A stretch of 64,000 nt of DNA from NCBI GenBank assembly GCA_002269645.1, contig NIVC01002119.1:1-64000 (forward strand), read 5' to 3'. Each line of letters opens with the position of its first letter. Position 1 is the first letter of the stretch. The DNA is from Macrostomum lignano (taxonomy: Eukaryota). Below, in pieces: positions 55,501 through 64,000 of this stretch. The notes under the pieces are model-generated. The model was not told the origin of the DNA. It saw nothing but the letters and a program-made list of their open reading frames with translations, and did no database searches. A program made the translations under genes and the position numbers.

Positions 55501-58500
55501 TGGTCTAAACTGCAGCAGCTTGGCTTGGCGGCCAGAATTTATTAAGCTCATGCTGTGCACAGTTGAACTTACTGGGCAGCAGGCAGGTTTTATAGCTGCC
55601 GCTGGAATATCCGAAAACTGTAATAAATGACGATCGAGTGAAAAGCATTGCGAGTAGGAAGAGGGCACTCACTGCTTCGGAAATCAATAAGCATGTGCTG
55701 TACTCGTAAAACAGGAGTTTTATTTAACCACTAGCAGGTGACTCAGCCGCAACAGACCCTCGGTAAGCTGGCAGATCACCCCTTGGACTCAATATAGAGA
55801 CAGTAATAAATCAATCTCAATCGAAACATAAAATCTGTTAGCTTTAACAAACAATTGCAAAGTAATCAAGCAGCAGTACGCAGTTCAAATTCCACGCACC
55901 GTTGGCTTCAACGAAGCCGATGTCATGAATGCTGAAGCGGTCCAGAGCGATCGGCTGCCGGTGCACAACCAGCAGGGCGCCCTCGGTTGGTGACACGGAG
56001 TAGGCCGAGCTCTCCGTCACTGAGCGCTGCTCCGGGTTGGGGTTGGGAATATGATTGGGGTTATGGTTGCTATGGTTTGGGGTCATTGGGGTTGGGAATA
56101 TGATTGGGGTTGTGGTTGCTATGGTTTGGGGTCATCGGGGTTGGGAATATGATTGAGGTTATGGTTGCTATGGTTTGGGGTCATCGGGGTTGGGAATATG
56201 ATTGGGGTTATGGTTGCTATGGTTTGGGGTCATCGGGGTTGGGAATATGATTGGGGTTGTGGTTGCTATGGTTTGGGGTCATCGGGGTTGGGAATATGAT
56301 TGGGGTTGTGGTTGCTATGGTTTGGGGTCATCGGGGTTGGGAATATGATTGGGGTTGTGGTTGCTATGGTTTGGGGTCATCGGGGTTGGGAATATGATTG
56401 GGGTTGTGGTTGCTATGGCTGGAGGTCATTGGGGTTGGGAATATGATTGGGGTTATGGTTGCTATAGTTGGAGGTCATTGGGGTTGGGAGTATGATTGGG
56501 GTTATGGTTGCTATGGTTGGAGGTCATTGGGGTTGGGAATATGATTGAGGTTATGGTTGCTATGGTTTGGGGTCATTGGGGTTGGGAATATGATTGGGGT
56601 TGTGGTTGCTATGGCTGGAGGTCATTGGGGTTGGGAATATGATTGGGGTTATGGTTGCTATGGTTTGGGGTCATTGGGGTTGGGAATATGATTGGGGTTG
56701 TGGTTGCTATGGCTGGAGGTCATTGGGGTTGGGAATATGATTGGGGTTGTGGTTGCTATGGCTGGAGGTCATTGGGGTTGGGAATATGATTGGGGTTATG
56801 GTTGCTATAGTTGGAGGTCATTGGGGTTGGGAGTATGATTGGGGTTATGGTTGCTATGGTTGGAGGTCATTGGGGTTGGGAGTATGATTGGGGTTATGGT
56901 TGCTATGGTTGGAGGTCATTGGGGTTGGGAGTATGATTGGGGTTATGGTTGCTATGGTTGGAGGTCATTGGGGTTGGGAGTATGATTGGGGTTATGGTTG
57001 CTATGGTTTGGGGTCATTGGGGTTGGGAATATGATTGGGGTTATGGTTGCTATGGTTTGGGGTCATTGGGATTGGTAGCATCACGATTTGGGCTATGGTT
57101 TGAGGGCATTAGGGTTGGTAGCATCATGATTAGGGCCATGGCTGGGGTCATTGGGGTTGGTAGCATCATGATTAAGGCTATGGCTGGGTCCATTGGGATT
57201 GGTAGCATCATGATTAGGGCTATCACTGGGGTCATTTGAATTGATAGCATCATGATTAGGGCTATCACTGGGGTCATTTGAATTGATAGCATCATGACTA
57301 GGGCTATCACTGGGGTCATTGGGATTAGTAGCATCATGATTAGGGCTATCACTGGGGTCATTTGAATTGATAGCATCATGATTAGGGCTATTACTGGGGT
57401 CATTTGAATTGATAGCATCATTATTAGGGCTATCACTGGGGTCATTTGAATTGATAGCATCATGATTAGGGCTATCACTGGGGTCATTGGGATTGGTAGC
57501 ATCATGATTAGGCCTATCACTGGGGTCATTGGGGTTGGTAGCATCATGATTAGGGCTATAACTGGGGTCATTGGGGTTGGTAGCATCATGATTAGGGCTA
57601 TAACTGGGGTCATTGAGATTGGTAGCATCATGATTAGGGCTATCACTGGGGTCATTGGGATTGGTAGCATCATGATTAGGCCTATCACTGGGGTCATTGG
57701 GATTGGTAGCATCATGATTAGGCCTATCACTGGGGTCATTGGGGTTGGTAGCATCATGATTAGGGCTATAACTGGGGTCATTGGGGTTGGTAGCATCATG
57801 ATTAGGGCTATCACTGGGGTCATTGAGATTGGTAGCATCATGATTAGGGCTATCACTGGGGTCATTGGGATTGGTAGCATCATGATTAGGCCTATCACTG
57901 GGGTCATTGGGGTTGGTAGCATCATGATTAGGCCTATCACTGGGGTCATTTGGATTGATAGCATCATGATTAGGGCTATAACTGGGGTCATTGGGGTTGG
58001 TAGCATCATGATTAGGCTATCACTGGGGTCATTGAGATTGGTAGCATCATGATTAGGCTATCACTGGGGTCATTTGGATTGGTAGCATCATGATTAGGGC
58101 TATCACTGGGGTCATTGAGATTGGTAGCATCATGATTAGGGCAATGGTTAGGATCATCGGGATTGGGCATATGACTATGGTTATGGCTGCTATGGTTGGG
58201 GTCAACAATCATACCTTTCACTTACCTTCTTCGGCGGCTTCTTGACCTTGGTGAGCAGGAGAATGTCGTCAAACAGGAAGCAGTAGATTTCCACACTCCT
58301 GTTGGCTTCTGCGGGCAAAATGGTTGGCTCAGTGATTCCTCAATCATTGACTAAGAATGCAACTGGTGCAGCTCAACTGACCAACAAGACTGAGGAATCC
58401 CTCGTGAACCAGCTGCCTCTTCGGGTTGGCGATGAGCTTCTCGCACGGCTGACTGCTCAGGCTGCTCTTGAGAAACTCGGGAATGAACACCCGAGTCTCC

Positions 58501-61500
58501 AGTTCCGTTATTGGCGGCCAGATCAGCTGCTGCTGAATTGTCTGCAGGCGCTCGAAGTTTCTCAACCACTTGAGCTTGTCCTCCAGACTCTCTGTTGAGT
58601 TGGTTCGGGCGACTTTGTGATACCCTCTGTGCACTTCCAGTTTATAAACCCTGCATTAGAGGGCTTTAGCCAAGGGGCGGGTTGTAGCCTAGTGGGGGTT
58701 GTAGCCTAGTGGGGGTTGTAGCCTAGTGGGCGGTTGTAGCCTAGTGGGGTTGTAGCCTAGTGGGGGTTGTAGCCTAGTGGGGGTTGTAGCCTAGTGGGGG
58801 TTGTAGCCTAGTGGGGTTTGTAGCCTAGTGGGGGTTGTAGCCTAGTGGGGGTTGTAGCCTAGTGGGGGTTGTAGCCTAGTGGGCGGTTGTAGCCTAGTGG
58901 GGGTTGTAGCCTAGTGGGGGTTGTAGCCTAGTGGGGGTTGTAGCCTAGTGGGGGTTGTAGCCTAGTGGGGGTTGTAGCCTAGTGGGGGTTGTAGCCTAGT
59001 GGGGTTTGTAGCCTAGTGGGGGTTGTAGCCTAGTGGGCGGTTTTAGCCTAGTGGGCGGTTGTAGCCTAGTGGGCGGTTTTAGCCTAGTGGGGGTTGTAGC
59101 CTAGTTCGGGTTGTAGCCTAGTGGGGGTTGTAGCCTAGTGGGCGGTTGTAGCCTAGTGGGGGTTGTAGCCTAGTGGGGGTTGTAGCCTAGTGGGCGGTTG
59201 TAGCCTAGTGGGGGTTGTAGCCTAGTGGGGGGTTGTAGCCTGGTTGTAGACTCACGACTTGAAGGTCGGGGGTTCGATTCTCAATCCCACTGGAATAATT
59301 TGTGTCCTTGAGCAAGACTCCTAACTCTGCTTTGCTTCAGTTCACTCAGCTGTAAAATGGGTTCCAGCATTAGCTGGGGTAATTGAGGGTGTGTGTGGGT
59401 GGCCCCCAGTCCTTGGACTGAACAGCCGTACGGAGCCTTCAGATGCGCCGCGCAATAGCCGCGGCTGCACAACTGCCCATGAATCAATAATGTAATCAAT
59501 TGTTATCATTATCAGAGGGTACACGATAGAGGTCAGAAGCACCCCCACGCCCTACTAATTGCGCAATACCGGCCCTAACAGATCAGGATTCGGCTAACCG
59601 AACAAAGCAGCAGCTGGGACTCACTCAGCGAGTTCTCAACCCGTCTCAGATTCTCGGTGAGCAGCGCCCGGCTGCTGTCCTCAGCCGTGTAGCGCCGGAT
59701 GCTGGCCAGGAGCAGCGGCATTTTCGTGCAGTGCTGCATCGGCGCCACCAGCAGGTCGGCGATCTTCAGCCGATGGCAGCGGGAGTCCTGCTCGCACCAC
59801 TGCAGCGGGGTAATATGCTAGAGATATGCTGACTTAACCTACTCTTGGTGTACGCTCGTAGTAGTATAAACGCAAAAAAGTCTAGGGCGAGCAACTTCCT
59901 AAATTTATTCGTAAAAAGGCAATTCTGACAAAACATAACTAAGAATGGCATTGTTTTTTATTTCCTCAACATGTGTAAAATATCGTAGCAGATAGCAAAA
60001 TTCATACGGTAGAATGACGTCATGTGTGCACTTTTTACTGGAGGCCGGTTATCGCTGCGAAATTCATTTGCTAGGTAGGACGTTGTAGATCAGACTTTTT
60101 TACCTTAAGGGCCGGAAAAAGAATCTGGATAATTGCTACGGGCCGGATGAGAGAGGAAAGGAGAGGGAGCAGAGGAGAGAGAAGAGGAAAGGATATGAGA
60201 GATGGGAGATGAGAGAGAAGAATGGAGAGATGAGAGGGGAGAAGAAAGGAGAGGAAAGGAGAAAAGAAAGGAGAGAGATGAGAGATGAGAGGAGAGAGAA
60301 GATAAGAGGAGAGAACAGAAGAGAGAGAGAGGAGAAGAGAGAGAAGAGGAGAGAATTTATGTGTTTATTCAGAAGTTGATACTTATAATTTGAAAAAATG
60401 AAGATCAGAGAGAGAGACGCATCAATATGGTTGCGTTATCTTAGATGGATTTCGTAAAGATGCTGTTTGCCTGCCGTGACTTTGGGGTTTTGCCATAGAC
60501 AAAACTCGGTCGGAGAAAACTGCACTAAAGAGATAGGAACAGCTGAACTTTCTAAGAAACAGCTGGGAAAATAGCTTTCTATCTCGCTGATGATTTTGCG
60601 AGCGCGGTGTCCTTTTACGTTGTTCCTGCATACCGAGAGGCAGCCAAGGACCCTGGAAGCAACATCATTAGAACTCGCACCTTTTCAAACTCGGCAAACT
60701 GCTCATGCCGGCGCAGAATGTCCAGGTAGGTGACGGCGCAGTGATAATTGAGGCAGTAGCTGTGAAACACTTCTCCGTCTTTGGAGGTCAGAGTCCACTG
60801 CAGGAGGGTCCGAGTGGGTGCGAGAACGGTGAGAATTCAGCGAGCTAATAAAATTGAGATTTGTTTTGAGTAAATTAAGTTACCCTCTTGAAGGCCTTCA
60901 GCAGACCGGCCGTCGTGCCGAACTGGCACTTGCGAGCCTCCTTGGTGAGGATGGAGATGAGGTCCCGGGAGAAGGTGTAGCTCACCTAGCAACCAGAGGC
61001 GCAGGTGTATTCATTAGTTACTACCTATGATTCTATAGCGATTGACCAACTAACGAGCTGCTTACATAGCAGAGTTCGTCGATGTTGCCGAACAGGTCCT
61101 CGGGCTCCACGAACATCAGATGGCCGTCCACCTGCAGCTTCTTTAACGGCTCGAAAAAGCACTGCAAGTTAAAGAGGGCCCCGTCTTCGGTTACGCTGGG
61201 TCAGGTTGGGTCAGTGTTTCGGGGTTGGTTCGGGTACACAAAACTGAAAATATCACTTGATTTCATATAAAGATGACAGAAATTAAATTTTCCCAACTAA
61301 TTAAAGAGTTAAATGACACATAAGCACATAGCTCTTTCCGAATTCTATCGGATGATATATCATATTGGCTGGCCAATCAGTCGCAGGTGCATGCACTGAA
61401 GTTGATCCAGCTACACGGGAGAACCAACAGCGGTACCTTTTTGTCGGCGAGAGCCAACGATATTTCTAAAGTCTCCTCTAGAAGAAGAAAAACAAAAAAA

Positions 61501-61704
61501 TCGGATAGACTTGCAAAAAGAAGTTTGGCCAGACCAGAAGCTCAAAACGTGCCTTAGGCAGAAGTTTTAAATTTCTCTCAGGGCCTGAAATATTTATCAG
61601 CTGCTGGCGGCTGAGGAAAAAAGTCAAGCGAGGCTTCGCGGCGAGATTTGAAATGAAGCCGCCAGAGGCGGGCGGGGAGGCCGGTGCTTCGACTTTACTC
61701 TCTT

Positions 61705-61776
<72 letters not shown>

Positions 61777-63954
61777 AGAGGCCGCAGCTGGGGACAGGCG
61801 CATTGTGGCTCAGCTGATCCCTGAGAGCTCTGACACCCTGTGCTGGCACTGTGGCTCAGCTGATCCCTGAGAGCTCTGACACCCTGTGCTGGCACTGTGG
61901 CTCAGCTGATCCCTGAGAGCTCTGACACCCTGTGCTGGCACTGTGGCTCAGCTGATCCCTGAGAGCTCTGACACCCTGTGCTGGCACTGTGGCTCAGCTG
62001 ATCCCTGAGAGCTCTGACACCCTGTGCTGGCACTGTGGCTCAGCTGATCCCTGAGAGCTCTGACACCCTGTGCTGGCACTGTGGCTCAGCTGATCCCTGA
62101 GAGCTCTGACACCCTGTGCTGGCATTGTGGCTCAGCTGATCCCTGAGAGCTCTGACACCCTGTGCTGGCACTGTGGCTCAGCTGATCCCTGAGAGCTCTG
62201 ACACCCTGTGCTGGCATTGTGGCTCAGCTGATCCCTGAGAGCTCTGACACCCTGTGCTGGCATTGTGGCTCAGCTGATCCCTGAGAGCTCTGACACCCTG
62301 TGCTGGCATTGTGGCTCAGCTGATCCCTGAGAGCTCTGACACCCTGTGCTGGCATTGTGGCTCAGCTGATCCCTGAGAGCTCTGACACCCTGTGCTGGCA
62401 CTGTGGCTCAGCTGATCCCTGAGAGCTCTGACACCCTGTGCTGGCATTGTGGCTCAGCTGATCCCTGAGAGCTCTGACACCCTGTGCTGGCACCGTGGCT
62501 CAGCTGATCCCTGAGAGCTCTGACACCCTGTGCTGGCATTGTGGCTCAGCTGATCCCTGAGAGCTCTGACACCCTGTGCTGGCATTGTGGCTCAGCTGAT
62601 CCCTGAGAGCTCTGACACCCTGTGCTGGCACCGTGGCTCAGCTGATCCCTGAGAGCTCTGACACCCTGTGCTGGCACTGTGGCTCAGCTGATCCCTGAGA
62701 GCTCTGACACCCTGTGCTGGCACTGTGGCTCAGCTGATCCCTGAGAGCTCTGACACCCTGTGCTGGCACTGTGGCTCAGCTGATTCCTGAGAGCTCTGAC
62801 ACCCTGTGCTGGCACTGTGGCTCAGCTGATCCCTGAGAGCTCTGACACCCTGTGCTGGCACTGTGGCTCAGCTGATCCCTGAGAGCTCTGACACCCTGTG
62901 CTGGCACTGTGGCTCAGCTGATCCCTGAGAGCTCTGACACCCTGTGCTGGCACTGTGGCTCAGCTGATCCCTGAGAGCTCTGACACCCTGTGCTGGCACT
63001 GTGGCTCAGCTGATTCCTGAGAGCTCTGACACCCTGTGCTGGCACTGTGGCTCAGCTGATCCCTGAGAGCTCTGACACCCTGTGCTGGCACTGTGGCTCA
63101 GCTGATCCCTGAGAGCTCTGACACCCTGTGCTGGCACTGTGGCTCAGCTGATCCCTGAGAGCTCTGACACCCTGTGCTGGCACTGTGGCTCAGCTGATCC
63201 CTGAGAGCTCTGACACCCTGTGCTGGCACTGTGGCTCAGCTGATCCCTGAGAGCTCTGACACCCTGTGCTGGCACTGTGGCTCAGCTGATCCCTGAGAGC
63301 TCTGACACCCTGTGCTGGCACTGTGGCTCAGCTGATCCCTGAGAGCTCTGACACCCTGTGCTGGCACTGTGGCTCAGCTGATCCCTGAGAGCTCTGACAC
63401 CCTGTGCTGGCACTGTGGCTCAGCTGATCCCTGAGAGCTCTGACACCCTGTGCTGGCACTGTGGCTCAGTCTAAATCTGAGATAAATTGACCCTGTACTC
63501 ACTGTCAGCCAAAATCCAGCCGCTTAAACTCACGTGCTTCAGCACCATCAGGTAGTCAATAAGGAAGTTCAGCTCAGACTTGAACAGCTCCCAGACGGCT
63601 TCCCGCCGCAGCCGCTCCGTGTCCTCCAGCTCTGCCGGCTGCGCTGATGCCCCGGCCGAGGCCCCGGCGGATGCTGCGGCAGTCGAGGACGACGACGAGG
63701 AGGACATGGAGGAGGAGGGCCTCGCGGCCGAGCCGGACTCGCGCTCGACCAGCTCTCGCCAGTGGGTGTTCTGTGGAGTGAGTCAGAAATGCAGCTGGGA
63801 TTCTACCAGGCCTCTGCTCAAAGTGCTGCCCGAGCACTGCTCTTACCTTAAAGGACATCAGATAGGTATCGCGGAACTCTGAGCTCTTCAGCGAGCTGAG
63901 CACATCCTGCAGATCCGCCAGGCCCTCCCGACCCTTGCTGCGCTTCTTTTCAAT
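52553..63954 (-). CDS. PLEKHG7: PLEKHG7-like DH-PH Rho guanine nucleotide exchange factor, 5' end outside window. Exons 63954-63847, 63770-63534, 61161-61066, 60985-60884, 60797-60681, 59799-59625, 58591-58382, 58308-58226, 56026-55900, 54141-54044, 53695-52553 (831 aa in window)
   Basis: DH domain: REAVWELFKSELNFLIDYLMVLKH, EDLFGNIDEL, YCLNYH.A..YL, CHRLKIADLLVAPMQHCTKMPLLL. PLEKHG7-type linker LEDKLKWLRNF...IWPP...FIPE. PH: LVHEGFL...VEIYCFLFDDILLLTK...WLDHL. All 10 introns are GT-AG and in phase (2496 nt). Symbol assigned from recalled similarity. Confidence 0.88.
55271..55502 (+). mobile_element. hAT-type (Buster/Charlie-like) MITE with internal GA-rich tract
   Basis: TIRs CAGAGGTCGGCA / TGCCGACCCCTG. 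8-bp flanks ATCTCAAC vs GTCTAAAC (6/8 identical, central TA on the right). GA tract about 55340-55460. Confidence 0.8.
56035..58140. repeat. Compound G-rich minisatellite: 49-bp units (56035-57062) then 42-bp units (57063-58140)
   Basis: Fills almost all of the RhoGEF intron 58225-56027. Both units share GGGGTCATTGGG.TTGG. Confidence 0.96.
58676..59241 (+). repeat. 17-bp array GTTGTAGCCTAGTGGGG (about 33 units), each a Pol III A-box
   Basis: TAGCCTAGTGG matches TRGCNNARYGG; the array is contiguous with the SINE B head. Confidence 0.95.
58676..59512 (+). mobile_element. tRNA-derived SINE (family B, CORE/MIR-like central domain) with its 5' A-box amplified
   Basis: B-box GGTTCGATTC at 59271-59280, then TGTGTCCTTGAGCAAGAC...CAGCTGTAAAATGGG resembling conserved SINE core domains, and a simple ATT/ATC tail. 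Head preceded by a 17-bp A-box array. Confidence 0.7.
60085..60355 (+). mobile_element. Degenerate hAT MITE family copy with GA tract
   Basis: CAGACTTTTTTACCTTAAGGGCCGGAAAAAGAATCTGG...GGGCCGGATGAGAG matches the 55271 element; TIRs are not intact. Confidence 0.55.
61700..61772. repeat. (CT)n microsatellite
   Basis: Direct inspection. Confidence 0.95.
61801..63469. repeat. 46-bp minisatellite CTGTGGCTCAGCTGATCCCTGAGAGCTCTGACACCCTGTGCTGGCA, about 36 near-identical units
   Basis: Very homogeneous; lies in RhoGEF intron 63533-61162. Confidence 0.98.
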
Positions 63955-64000
63955 CTGGATTAGCGTGGTAGTGGTTATAGAGAGATAAATAGATAGATAG

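Noticed and set aside
57050-58052. Hydrophobic repeat ORFs (MMLPIPMTPVIALI / IRAITGVIGIGSIM) as membrane proteins
   Set aside because: They are a 42-bp minisatellite inside a RhoGEF intron.
61801-63469. 46-bp, 36-bp, 49-bp and other arrays as CRISPR arrays
   Set aside because: Units are head-to-tail with no unique spacers, lie in eukaryotic introns, and have no cas genes nearby.
43142-63533. Consistent G-rich strand bias of intronic arrays relative to transcription
   Set aside because: Arrays are G-rich on the sense strand in some introns and C-rich in others.

Overview
Eukaryotic, intron-containing animal DNA. GC3-rich exons, about 75-100 nt basic introns, minisatellite-filled introns and an innexin plus an Srw-type GPCR suggest a lophotrochozoan, most likely the flatworm Macrostomum (inference, not verified). 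Six protein-coding genes can be spliced by hand with GT-AG junctions and consistent phases: an innexin (+), an FMRFamide/myosuppressin-receptor-like GPCR (-), SF3B5 (+), an arrestin-domain protein (+), a DCDC2-like tandem doublecortin protein with IQ motifs (+), and the 3' part of a PLEKHG7-like DH-PH RhoGEF (-). There is also a probably disrupted gene for an uncharacterised invertebrate domain near 32-33 kb. Roughly a quarter of the window (about 17 kb by my rough sum) is about 25 different mini/microsatellite arrays, which explain most long ORFs in the supplied track. Interspersed repeats include a tRNA-headed SINE family with a hammerhead-like CUGANGA-N3-GAAA motif, a second SINE whose A-box has amplified into an array, hAT-type MITEs with GA/CT cargo and a Helitron-like element. 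I found no CRISPR, rRNA or intact tRNA gene. The regions 1-12.5 kb and 26-32 kb contain exon-like pieces I could not assemble or identify. All protein family calls come from recognising motifs by eye; no searches were run.
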